Notes under the pieces: model-generated | Told to the model about the DNA's origin: nothing | Database searches by the model: none | The model's input: the letters and a program-made list of their open reading frames with translations, nothing else | Shown: positions 47,337-56,268 of the stretch, piece by piece | Layout of the letters: each line of letters opens with the position of its first letter | Position numbering within the stretch: position 1 is the first letter of the stretch | Assembly (NCBI GenBank): GCA_035482045.1 | Contig: DATHRD010000063.1 | Span: forward strand, 2,541-66,540 | Direction of reading: 5' to 3' | Length of the DNA stretch: 64,000 nt | Origin: Thermoanaerobaculia bacterium | Lineage (GTDB): Bacteria > Acidobacteriota > Thermoanaerobaculia > Gp7-AA8 | Program-made: the position numbers and the translations under genes

Positions 47337-47877
47337 TCACCCTTCCCCACTCTTCCGGCGTATTCACATTCATCAACGGCTCGCCCGCGAACGTCGATCG
47401 CAACTCCTCCTCGGCGACGATGTCGGCCTCTTCCCCGCTGGTGAGGCCTTTGAGATCGTACCGCCCGGCCGCGACCCGCTGCTCGATCCGCGCCAGCAGC
47501 TCGGGCGCATAACCGGCGCAGAGCATCTGGGTCTTGCCGCTCCAGACAGGCGCGAGGAAGAGCGCAGGCGAGCGCTCGAAACGCTCGCGAAGATGCCGCA
47601 GGATCGCGGTGGTGATGAGCGGATAGTCGACGGCCAGGATGAAGCAGCGCCGGCGGGCATGATCGAGAGCACGCGCGACGCCGAAGATCGGGGCCTGTTC
47701 CTCGTGCGCGCTCTCGTAGATCGTCGTGATCGCCGCCGCAGTTCCGCCGTGCCGCTGCACGGCGATCAACTCCTCGAACGCTGACGATGCCGCGGCCACG
47801 ACGCGGTCGAGGAACAGTTCCGTCTTCGGACGTCCCATCCTTCGCGACTGACCACCGATCAGGATGTAGCAGTTCAC
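47323..47877 (-). CDS. mobA: molybdenum cofactor guanylyltransferase
   Basis: GTG start giving VNCYILIGGQSRRMGRPK...; C-terminal NVNTPEEW matches MobA; the long upstream extension in the ORF track was rejected. Confidence 0.8.
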   Translation of the reverse strand: MNCYILIGGQSRRMGRPKTELFLDRVVAAASSAFEELIAVQRHGGTAAAITTIYESAHEEQAPIFGVARALDHARRRCFILAVDYPLITTAILRHLRERFERSPALFLAPVWSGKTQMLCAGYAPELLARIEQRVAAGRYDLKGLTSGEEADIVAEEELRSTFAGEPLMNVNTPEEWGRVKDEE

Positions 47878-48542
47878 TTCCGATAGCTCCGCGCCAGTGC
47901 GGCGACATCCGCCCCCATACGATAGCGGATGACCGTCCGCCAGTTCTGTGCGACCGTGCGGATCACTCCCTTGCGCAGAAAACGGCGACCCGAGGTCGTA
48001 ACGGTCATCGGCAGGAGGACCGATCGCCCGCGGCGTTTCATCCGAATGGCCAGCTCGTAGTCCTCCATCAACGGGATCTCCAGAAAGCCGCCCATATCGA
48101 GGAACGTGTCGCGGCGGACGAACTGCGCCTGATCGCCCCAGGGGCATCGGGTGAGGCTGGTGCGCAGGTTGATCAACGCCGCCGCGACGCGGAGCCTGGC
48201 CCACTCTTCGACGAAGGCGATGCGGAACCCGCCAAAGTCCGCGCCGCCGGCCAGCGCGGCTTCGACTGCACGCGCGGCGCCCGCCGGCAACCGGCTGTCG
48301 GCGTGAAGAAAAATCAACGTCTCGTGCGAAGCGGCGTGCGCACCGAGATTCAACTGCCGTGCGCGGTTCGGTTCGGACAGCAGCACGCGGGCGCCGCCGC
48401 CCGTGGCGAAGCGGGGCGTGCGGTCAACGCTTCCGCCGTCGGCAACGATCACCTCCGACGCCCCGGCCGCGAACGCGGATTCGATCGCGCCGGCGATCCA
48501 CTCTTCCTCGTTCAGCGTTGGGATGATGGCGGTGACCGTCAC
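47874..48542 (-). CDS. family 2 glycosyltransferase
   Basis: GTG start giving VTVTAIIPTLNEEEWIAGAIES...VIVADGGSVDRT; overlaps the mobA start by 4 nt. Confidence 0.65.
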   Translation of the reverse strand: MTVTAIIPTLNEEEWIAGAIESAFAAGASEVIVADGGSVDRTPRFATGGGARVLLSEPNRARQLNLGAHAASHETLIFLHADSRLPAGAARAVEAALAGGADFGGFRIAFVEEWARLRVAAALINLRTSLTRCPWGDQAQFVRRDTFLDMGGFLEIPLMEDYELAIRMKRRGRSVLLPMTVTTSGRRFLRKGVIRTVAQNWRTVIRYRMGADVAALARSYRK

Positions 48543-48543
48543 G

Positions 48544-49035
48544 CTACGTCTTCTTGCGCTCCTTGGCCGCCAACTGCTTGGCGTGCCGCGCCTGCCCGAG
48601 CGTGACGTTGATCGGGTTTGAGCGCTCCAGGAACGGCACCGGCGGCCGCGAGCGGACACCAAGCTCGCGATGAACGGCCAGCAGCGACTCATCGTCGGGA
48701 TGCGCTTTCAGTCCTTGCTCGACGACCTCGATGGCCTTCTTTCGGTGCCCCGCCACGGTGTACACGCGCGCCAGATTGGCGTAGTGATCGACGTTGTAGA
48801 ACTGCAGCTCGATGGCACGCTTGCAGAGATCGATGGACGGCTTGATCTTCTTCTGCACCATGGCCAGGCACACGCCGAAGTACGAGAGGCCGGTGGCCGT
48901 CTTCGCGGAGAGCATCGGCGAAGGCGGATCCTCGCCGCCGTAGATGTCCAGAAAGAGCGTGAGGGCGCGCAGGTACTCCTCGGCCTTCGTGAGCGCGATC
49001 GCCTCGTCGATGAGCTTGAGGACTCCGGCCATCAC
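48544..49035 (-). CDS. TPR-repeat protein
   Basis: repeated A-x3-Y...A helical hairpin pattern (e.g. YFGVCLAMVQK..., HYANLARVYTVAGHRKKAIE). Confidence 0.55.
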   Translation of the reverse strand: MMAGVLKLIDEAIALTKAEEYLRALTLFLDIYGGEDPPSPMLSAKTATGLSYFGVCLAMVQKKIKPSIDLCKRAIELQFYNVDHYANLARVYTVAGHRKKAIEVVEQGLKAHPDDESLLAVHRELGVRSRPPVPFLERSNPINVTLGQARHAKQLAAKERKKT

Positions 49036-49736
49036 AGTAACTCGCGCGATCGGAGCCGTTGCACGAACCGCTCGATGCGTTCCCGTTCTTCGTCGTTAGC
49101 CGCGGCGAAGCTGACCCCGTACTTCGCCGTTCCCCCGGTGAACTCCGCCCGCAACACGTCGCACTCCAGTTGCAGCGGTTTCGGGTCGCCGGGCAGATAG
49201 AAATGAAGCCGCAGCTTGCCTGCCCCGGGCAGTACGCGATCGACTTCCAGAAACATGCCACTGGCCGAGATGTTGATGCTGCGCCCGATGATGAACCGGC
49301 CATTCTTCTCGACCGAGACCTCGATGCGCGTGAGCGTCCGCAGTTCGCGCCGCGACGGGATCGTGGTCAGCCTGGCGATCTTGATGTCGAGCTCGTGGCG
49401 CTGCAGCGGCCGGAAGATGACGTCGTTGCAGCCGGCGGAGAGGCAGAGCTCAGCGTGCTCGGGGCAATCGCGCTCACAGACGAGCAGCAGCGACATGGCC
49501 CGCGTCGAGGCATCGGAGCGCACCTCACGGCAGAACTCCGGAGCGGTCATGTCGAAGAGGTCGAAGGCGAACATGATCAGCTGCGGCCGGTCGCTGCGCG
49601 CGATCTCCAGTCCGTTCGTTCCGGTCAGCGCGGTGACGATCGTGGCCTCGCGCCGGCGCAGGATCGATTCCTGAAACAGCAGCGAGCCCCTCGAGTGGTC
49701 GACCAGAAGGATGCGAACGGTGTCGGATGCGCTCAC
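49032..49736 (-). CDS. response-regulator receiver domain fused to a PilZ domain
   Basis: VRILLVDHS...; C-terminal RxxxR-like RRELR ... D-x-S-x-x-G (INISASGMF) PilZ motifs. Confidence 0.7.
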   Translation of the reverse strand: MSASDTVRILLVDHSRGSLLFQESILRRREATIVTALTGTNGLEIARSDRPQLIMFAFDLFDMTAPEFCREVRSDASTRAMSLLLVCERDCPEHAELCLSAGCNDVIFRPLQRHELDIKIARLTTIPSRRELRTLTRIEVSVEKNGRFIIGRSINISASGMFLEVDRVLPGAGKLRLHFYLPGDPKPLQLECDVLRAEFTGGTAKYGVSFAAANDEERERIERFVQRLRSRELL

Positions 49737-50866
49737 GCCGCCGAAGTCTCCCGCAAACGGCTGATGTTGCGCTTGAGATCGTCGACGAGCAGCGCCACGT
49801 GCTCCTTCGTATTCGTCTTGCCCAGTCCGAAACGGATCGAGCCGTACGCCAGCGCTTCCGGCACTCCGATCGCGGTCAGCACCGGCGAAGCGCTTCGATC
49901 GCCCGAGCTGCAGGCGGAGCCCGACGAAAGGGAGAAGTGACGCAGCGCCATCATCACGGAGTCGGCCTCGACCCGATCGAAGCTCACATTCAGGTTACCC
50001 GGCAAACGCCGCTCGCGCGGTCCGTTGACGAACGCCCCCGGCACCTCGGCCACCACGCGATCCCAAAGCTCGTTGCGGAGCGCAGTGAGCCATTCGCATT
50101 CCGCGATCATCTCTTCCCCGCGAATCCGGAACGCCTTGACCATCCCCACCACGCCGGGCACATTCACCGTCCCGCTGCGCACCCGTTTCTCCTGCCCTCC
50201 GCCGAGCATGACCGGCTCGATGCGAATGCCGCGCCGGACGATCATCCCACCGATGCCCTTGGGCCCATAAAGTTTGTGCGCGGAGAAGGCGGCCAGATCG
50301 ACGTTCATCATGTCCAGCGGCACCTTGCCGGCAGCCTGGGTGACGTCGCTGTGAAACAGGACGCCGCGCTCGCGACAGATCGCGCCGAGGACGCCGACCT
50401 GCTGGAGGGTACCGATCTCGCCGTTCGCCGCCTCGACTGAGACCAGCTTCGTGTTGGGCTTCAGCGCGGTTCGCAGCTCCTCGGGATCGATGAACCCTTC
50501 GCTATCCGGGTGCAGCATCGTCACCTCGACCCCGTTCCTTTCCAGCCGCTGCGCGGGGACAAGGATCGACTTGTGCTCCATCGCCGAGGTGATGAAGTGA
50601 TCGCCGGGGAGCAGAAGATTGAGAGCGATGTTGTTCGACTCCGTGGCCCCCGCGGTGAAGTAGACCTCGTTCGGCTGCACCCCGAAGAAACGGGCGATCC
50701 CGAAGCGTGCATCCTCGACCGCGTTCGACGCCCGGCGGCCATGCTCGTGCGTCAGCGAGGCCGGATTGCCGAAGTTCTCCGTGAAGAACGGCAGCATCGC
50801 CTCGACCACGCGCGGGTCGACGGGCGTCGTGGCGTGATGGTCCATGTAGACCGGGAGCTCGGGCAT
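49733..50866 (-). CDS. iscS: cysteine desulfurase (IscS/NifS family)
   Basis: start MPELPVYMDHHATTPVDPRV...; SAHKLYGPKGIG (PLP lysine); SSGSACSS active-site Cys loop. Confidence 0.9.
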   Translation of the reverse strand: MPELPVYMDHHATTPVDPRVVEAMLPFFTENFGNPASLTHEHGRRASNAVEDARFGIARFFGVQPNEVYFTAGATESNNIALNLLLPGDHFITSAMEHKSILVPAQRLERNGVEVTMLHPDSEGFIDPEELRTALKPNTKLVSVEAANGEIGTLQQVGVLGAICRERGVLFHSDVTQAAGKVPLDMMNVDLAAFSAHKLYGPKGIGGMIVRRGIRIEPVMLGGGQEKRVRSGTVNVPGVVGMVKAFRIRGEEMIAECEWLTALRNELWDRVVAEVPGAFVNGPRERRLPGNLNVSFDRVEADSVMMALRHFSLSSGSACSSGDRSASPVLTAIGVPEALAYGSIRFGLGKTNTKEHVALLVDDLKRNISRLRETSAA

Positions 50867-50929
50867 CAGGGAAATGATAACCGCTGCGTGCCGGGATGCC
50901 GCATCGGCTCGTCGCGGGGTTGAGTCGCC

Positions 50930-51160
50930 CGCGTCCATCTGCGGATGAATCAGATCTCGGCAGATTCGGGCTGGGAGCGAACGAACATTGACGCGACGCG
51001 TTCGTACCGAGGGAACGAATCCGCAGATGACGCAGATGAACGCAGATAAAAGCGTCCATCGGTTCTCCATCCGGCGGCGATACTCAAGACCGACGATCCG
51101 CGGATGAAAACGTCCTCCATCTGCGTACATCTGCGTCATCTGCGGATAAGCCTTTTCAAT
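50930..51160. promoter_or_regulatory. dyad of triplicated 9-mers (GCAGATGAC/GCAGATGAA x3 ... CATCTGCGT x3) upstream of iscS
   Basis: CGCAGATGACGCAGATGAACGCAGATA at about 51028; CCATCTGCGTACATCTGCGTCATCTGCGG at about 51117. Confidence 0.4.
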
Positions 51161-51324
51161 CCCGGACTGCGAGACCGCGTCACCAATCGACCCGGCACCT
51201 AACGTTACGGTCCCGCGGACGCGGTGCCGCTCCCGGCTGGGTCCCGAGTGCGATACCATTCGGCGTGCGGCACCGCTCCGCTGACCTTGGAACGTTGGAC
51301 GCTGCGCGCCGTGGAGAAAAACTT

Positions 51325-52050
51325 ATGCATAAGCTTTTCTTATTCGTCGGAATAGCGGTTCTCTTCAATCGAGCAGCGTTCGCAGCCGACGGCTGTGAAC
51401 AAGGAACGTTCCCAGTCAGATCGATCAGCGGTTTCGACCTGTCTAAACCCGGCAATTTGGAAATTGCCATGGATGCATTAAAGTTAGATGAAGGGGACGA
51501 ATTGGAGTTTGCGTCGTCCCACGAAAGCGGTCATAAAACTACGAAGGTTCGGACTTGTCGAGAATATGACGCAGCGATCGAACAGAGACTCTTACTTATG
51601 ACTGGGACTCAGCGGACACCTGAATTTCTGCGTGAGTGTAAAGTCTTGAGATTTCTGAAGAAAGCAAACGCGGCGAGCAGTAGTTGTATCGAGGGGTATC
51701 AATTGACCAAAAAATCGCCGGACGAACTGCCTCCTTCTCTTGGTTACGTTATATCGGGCGAACAAGCAGAAGCAGTCGATAAAGCGGAACAGGTCAATTG
51801 GAGTTGGAGAAAATTTTCGCCAGAACTGGAATTTCATGTTTTGAGCCCCACAACGCTTACTGCCACAGGCCAGGGTGTAGTCGATAAATTAGAAGTCATG
51901 GGATTTGGCGATTTCAATCATGATGGTATCCAGGATATGCTGGTATGGATCAGCGACTACGGTGGAGGAACGTTGGTCCACTACGATGCAATTGTCCTGA
52001 CGCGAAAAGATAAAAAGTCTGGTTTTCACACGTTAGCCAGAATTGAGTGA
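51325..52050 (+). CDS. secreted hypothetical protein encoded in a low-GC islet
   Basis: MHKLFLFVGIAVLFNRAAFAADG signal peptide; clearly AT-richer codon usage than its neighbours; C-terminal GDFNHDGIQD (FG-GAP-like). Confidence 0.55.
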   Translation: MHKLFLFVGIAVLFNRAAFAADGCEQGTFPVRSISGFDLSKPGNLEIAMDALKLDEGDELEFASSHESGHKTTKVRTCREYDAAIEQRLLLMTGTQRTPEFLRECKVLRFLKKANAASSSCIEGYQLTKKSPDELPPSLGYVISGEQAEAVDKAEQVNWSWRKFSPELEFHVLSPTTLTATGQGVVDKLEVMGFGDFNHDGIQDMLVWISDYGGGTLVHYDAIVLTRKDKKSGFHTLARIE

Positions 52051-52124
52051 CTTCGGGTTTCGCGTCCAACAAATCGGTGGGCGTTCCATCGTTGGCCGGG
52101 AACCGGTAGGATCGGACACTGCTT

Positions 52125-52799
52125 ATGAGCTTTCTCATCACCGCCACCCTTCTTTTCGCCACGAAGCTTTCGATCGAAAGCGTCAATCCCGGGAATCAAG
52201 GGAAGGTTTGTTTCGCGACGACCCTGGACGCGAAGGAGTGGATGATGCTGGCGAGGAAGCAGCTCGGACCGGCGGTGATCGACCACCCGACGAAGGAGAT
52301 GCTCGACGAGCACTACTCGGAAATGGATGGCGGCAGCACGTTCGCATTCCAGGTACCGGCGCCCCCGGGGATTGCAGCCGAGGAGGTGACGGTGCTGCAC
52401 CAGGCCGGAGTCCGCGTCGTGCGTGCGGATACTCTGCAGGGAACGCTCCTGGTCCACGGCAAGGAGCGGGAGGCAAACGGGGTGGCGTGCGGCAGCTTGC
52501 CGGACGGAGTCACGCCACTCTTCGTCCTCCGCAACGGCCAGCGGAGCGAGTACCTCGGCAGTGCGACCCTCGTCGATTCGAAAACGTTCCGGTGGAACGA
52601 CAGGCGCTATGCAGTTGGCCAGACACTTCAGGCTGGCGACCTGCGTGCCGTCGCGATCGTGCGCATCGGCATGGACCTCATCGCGGCACTGGTGGGCGCG
52701 GAAGGCAGCGGCGCCTGCGACGGAATCCACGCCCTCATCGATTTGACGAAGGCGGACCTCCCCGTCATCGCGCGCAATACGTGGGGTTGCGGGGATTAA
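52125..52799 (+). CDS. hypothetical protein
   Basis: 224 aa ORF; competes with antisense ORF 52026..53090; no family recognised. Confidence 0.3.
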   Translation: MSFLITATLLFATKLSIESVNPGNQGKVCFATTLDAKEWMMLARKQLGPAVIDHPTKEMLDEHYSEMDGGSTFAFQVPAPPGIAAEEVTVLHQAGVRVVRADTLQGTLLVHGKEREANGVACGSLPDGVTPLFVLRNGQRSEYLGSATLVDSKTFRWNDRRYAVGQTLQAGDLRAVAIVRIGMDLIAALVGAEGSGACDGIHALIDLTKADLPVIARNTWGCGD

Positions 52800-53289
52800 T
52801 GCCGCCCGGGTCAGTCTAAAGTCTACAAAACGCACTTCATCCGTCGCCAGTTCCACGGAGAAAGCGGTCCATCCGGATGCCTGCCGCGCTTCGCCGGCGA
52901 TACTCGTGTCTTCGAGCGATATTTCTCGGAATCCTCCGCAACTGATCGTGTCCGTTTTCCAGAGGCGGCCGCTCTTTCCGAACAGTTGCACGCACATGCC
53001 GTTGTGTTCGACGAGGAACAGCGTCCTGGGCGCATCCATCGTCACTGCGGCGACGTCCGTGCCGATCCGCTCCACGAGGGTTCGCGTCACGAGGATCTAC
53101 TTGTTGGATACTGGCATGATGCCGGAAACGGCGAAGCGGACGCCGAGTCGGATCCTGTCTCGCACACGGGGGTAGTCGCCGATCTCCGCATGCCCGCCGC
53201 TGTCGATCGGCCCGTCGTCGATGCTGATCGTCGCGTACAAGTCGCCGATGAGGGACGGACGGAGACGCGATGGCTTCGAACAACGGATC

Positions 53290-53580
53290 GACTGTCCCTG
53301 ACTCAGCAATTTCTGGTCATCAGTTGCTCATTTAGCGGATCAGATCACCAATTTTGGAATCTCAATTGTCAAGTTTTCGACTTCGATCATGACGTTTGCA
53401 ACTTCGATCATTACGTTTGCGATATTAATCACGAATTTTATGACTGATACCATTACATCAAACGGCTAAATCACCAATTTGACGGATTGTATCGCGAACT
53501 TCGTAACTTCTATCATGAACTTTGCGATTCTATTCATGAGCTTCGCGCCTAACGTCACCAGTTTGATGAGTTAGATCGTT
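53290..53580. repeat. AT-rich region of degenerate direct repeats (ATCACCAATTTGR x3; ACTTCGATCATKACGTTTGC-like about 20-mers x4)
   Basis: direct reading; GC far below the window average. Confidence 0.5.
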
Positions 53581-53710
53581 GAAACATCTGCGGAGACGCC
53601 ATCGTCTCTATCAGAAAAGCGATCACTCGTCACAAGGACACCGCACTTTCCGCCAGCTTCGCCATCAATGAAGTCCGATTCGCCTTCCATGCTGCCGGAT
53701 TCGCCATCGT

Positions 53711-55513
53711 TCAGCTCCTCTTGTGCCGCCGTCTCCGCTTCGTCGCCTCCACCGGCGCCTCGGCGTCGGCGGCGCGGCGCACCCTCTGCGCGAACTGCTG
53801 CCACTGGCGAAAGGCGTCCACGTGTTTTCCTGACGAGAGCGCGTAGAGCTCGAGCAGCGCCAACGCGTCGCTGAACGGCTCGCGGTAGACGAACTTGAAC
53901 TGCGCCCGACGATCGGTCGGCGGCTCCAGCAGGCGCCAGAGCGTGTCGAGGGCCGTCTCGATCTGATGCCGCGTCCCCGCCGCCAGCGCCATGCGCGTAC
54001 ACATCGGCTGAATCAGCTCGCGGATGAAGAGGATCACTTCGCCGATCTTCATGCGCGACGCGCGCCGCGCCTCCTCCCGCTCCAACTCCTGGAGAATCCA
54101 CGGAAGGAACAGCACCGAGAGCAGCACCGGATCGGAGATCTTCCGCCCGGCCTGCACGGTGCGGTCGAGCACCTCCAGCATCTTCCAGAAGTACTGCGAC
54201 TGATCCCCGACGATGGCCTTGTAGACCTCGGGGACGAGTGGATCGAGCAGGCCGCTGTCGACCATCAGGCGGATGGCCCCGCGCGACCAGCCGCGCCGCA
54301 GCAGTTCGAGGATCTCCTCGGAAACGCGCGGGGCGGAGGCCTTCAGGATCTCGGTCTTGTGACGGATGATGGCGTCATAGGTGGCCGGCTCGATCTCGAA
54401 GCCGAGGCGTGAGGCAAACTCGATGGCCCGCATCATCCGCACCGGATCCTCGCGGAAACGGACGTCGGGATCGCCGATCACCCGCACCCGTTTCGCCTCC
54501 AGGTCTTCCAGCCCGCCGACGTAGTCGATCACCGAGAAGTCGGCGATGTTGTAGAAGAGCGCGTTGATGGTGAAGTCGCGCCGCCGCGCGTCCTGCAGGG
54601 GCGACCCGAAGGTGTTGTCGTCGGTGATCAGCAGCTCCTCGGCATCGTCGGCCCGCTCGGGCTCGCGCCGGAAGGTGGCCACCTCGACCAGCATGTCCTG
54701 AAAGATGATGTGTACGAGGCGGAAGCGCCGGCCGATGATGCGGCTGTTGCGGAAGAGGCGCCGGATCTCGGCCGGATGCGCGTCCGTGGCCAGGTCGAAA
54801 TCCTTCGGCGTCCCGCTCATCAGCAGATCGCGTACGCTGCCGCCGCAGAGATAGGCGCGGTAGCCGCTGCGGTGCAACCGGTAGAGGACTTTGAGGACGT
54901 TCTCCGGGATCCGCCGCCGCGAGATGGGGTGGTCGCTGCGGTCGATGACGACGCCGGGATCGTCGGGGATAGGTTCGACGGGGATTGGTTCGACGGGGGT
55001 CGGGAGTCGGGGGTCGGGGGTCGGAGAGAGGGTCAGATCAGGCTCATCGTTGTCGGCTGTCAGTTTTCGGTTCGCGGGGGTCGGGGGTCGGGGGTCGGGA
55101 GTCGGAGGTAGGTCACTGCTGGTTGTCGGTTGTCGGTTGACGGTTATCGCGGGGGCCGGGGGTCGGGGGTCGGGCGTCGGAGAGAGAGCGTTGTCGGTTG
55201 TGGGTTGTGGGCTGTCGGTTGTCGCGGGGGTCGGGAGTCGGGGGTCAAGGGTCGGAGAGAGATTGTTGTCAGTTGTCGGTTGAGGGTCGTCGGTGATCAG
55301 GTGAGATGGCAGGTCCGGCTCATGAGAACTGACGAGCTCCGACCGCCGACCCCCGACTCCCGACTCCCGTTCAGGGTCTGGTTCACCGGAGGCGTCTAAC
55401 TCCGACCCCCGACCCCCGACCCCCGACTCCCGTTCAGGATCAGGTCCATCGGAGGCGACTAACTCCGACCCCCGACCCCCGACTCCCGACCCCCGATTCT
55501 CGATCCCGCTCAT
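53711..55513 (-). CDS. pcnB: poly(A) polymerase I / tRNA nucleotidyltransferase family protein with an about 200 aa low-complexity N-terminal extension
   Basis: core NVLKVLYRLHRSGYRAYLCGGSVRDLL...PKDFDLATDA...RRDFTINALFY matches PcnB. No canonical start codon lies between the repeat region and the core. The ATG at 55513 overlaps the lepB stop (ATGA). Confidence 0.75.
   Translation of the reverse strand: MSGIENRGSGVGGRGSELVASDGPDPERESGVGGRGSELDASGEPDPERESGVGGRRSELVSSHEPDLPSHLITDDPQPTTDNNLSPTLDPRLPTPATTDSPQPTTDNALSPTPDPRPPAPAITVNRQPTTSSDLPPTPDPRPPTPANRKLTADNDEPDLTLSPTPDPRLPTPVEPIPVEPIPDDPGVVIDRSDHPISRRRIPENVLKVLYRLHRSGYRAYLCGGSVRDLLMSGTPKDFDLATDAHPAEIRRLFRNSRIIGRRFRLVHIIFQDMLVEVATFRREPERADDAEELLITDDNTFGSPLQDARRRDFTINALFYNIADFSVIDYVGGLEDLEAKRVRVIGDPDVRFREDPVRMMRAIEFASRLGFEIEPATYDAIIRHKTEILKASAPRVSEEILELLRRGWSRGAIRLMVDSGLLDPLVPEVYKAIVGDQSQYFWKMLEVLDRTVQAGRKISDPVLLSVLFLPWILQELEREEARRASRMKIGEVILFIRELIQPMCTRMALAAGTRHQIETALDTLWRLLEPPTDRRAQFKFVYREPFSDALALLELYALSSGKHVDAFRQWQQFAQRVRRAADAEAPVEATKRRRRHKRS
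54957..55505. repeat. about 550 bp expansion of heptad repeats: (GGGGTCG)n and (GTTGTCG)n blocks followed by their inverted complements (CGACCCC)n
   Basis: direct reading; same TTGTCGG heptads as the elements at 8635, 9953 and 62875. Confidence 0.85.
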
Positions 55514-56268
55514 GGACTTTCGCCGGCCTCGCCCTCGGGCGTCAAACCCGGCGTGAAGTGGTATTTGCTGTCGACGATGAAGAACATCCGTTCCCATCGC
55601 GTCTTCGTGAAGAAGTGGACGGCCACTCCTAGCAATTCCTTGACCCTGGCCGAGCTCGGGGCGTCCTGCGGCGGCGGCGTTCCCTCGAAGGACCAATAGA
55701 CCATGAAGGCGCGCCCCTTGATCATGGAGCGGGGCACGGTCCCCCAGTATCGGGAGTCGCTGGAGCGGTCGCGGTTGTCACCCATGGCGAAGTACTGGCC
55801 ATCGGGGACGAGGTACGGCCCGAACTGGTCCCGCGATCGGTACGGTTCCGGGAGCTGGGGCCGCGGAGGATAGATCGTCGGATCGACATGGATCACGTAT
55901 GGCTCCGACTGGGGCTTGCCGTTGATGGAAACGACCTTGTCGTGGACTTCCACCGTGTCCCCGGGCAGGCCGATCACGCGCTTCACGAAGTCGGTGTCCG
56001 GCTGCAGGGGATACCGGAAGACGATGATGTCGCCGCGCCGGATCGCGCGCAGCGGCAGCAGCCCGCCGAGCGACGTGCCCGGTCCATAGATGAATTTGTT
56101 GACGATGATGTGATCGCCGACCTTCAGGTTGTCTTCCATCGATCCCGTCGGGATCTTGAACGCCTGAAAGGCGAAGATACGGGCAAAGTTGACGAAGATG
56201 ACGGCGATCAGGAGCGCTTCGTAGTACTCGCGGGTCGTTGATTTCTTTACGGTTTCATCGACGGCCAT
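55510..56268 (-). CDS. lepB: signal peptidase I
   Basis: PTGSMEDNL (Ser nucleophile box), GDIIVFRYP, VKRVIGLPGD (Lys box), YFAMGDNRDRSSDSRYWG. Confidence 0.92.
   Translation of the reverse strand: MAVDETVKKSTTREYYEALLIAVIFVNFARIFAFQAFKIPTGSMEDNLKVGDHIIVNKFIYGPGTSLGGLLPLRAIRRGDIIVFRYPLQPDTDFVKRVIGLPGDTVEVHDKVVSINGKPQSEPYVIHVDPTIYPPRPQLPEPYRSRDQFGPYLVPDGQYFAMGDNRDRSSDSRYWGTVPRSMIKGRAFMVYWSFEGTPPPQDAPSSARVKELLGVAVHFFTKTRWERMFFIVDSKYHFTPGLTPEGEAGESP

Noticed and set aside
47878-48204. N-terminal 109 residues of ORF 47323..48204 (mobA extension)
   Set aside because: This region overlaps the GT2 gene in another frame. MobA homology begins at the GTG-initiated VNCYILIGGQSRRMG.
52806-53090. Minus-strand ORF 52026..53090 (354 aa)
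   Set aside because: It overlaps the plus-strand ORF 52125..52799 almost completely, and neither has family support. Only the non-overlapping upstream 95 codons could be real. Not reported as a feature.
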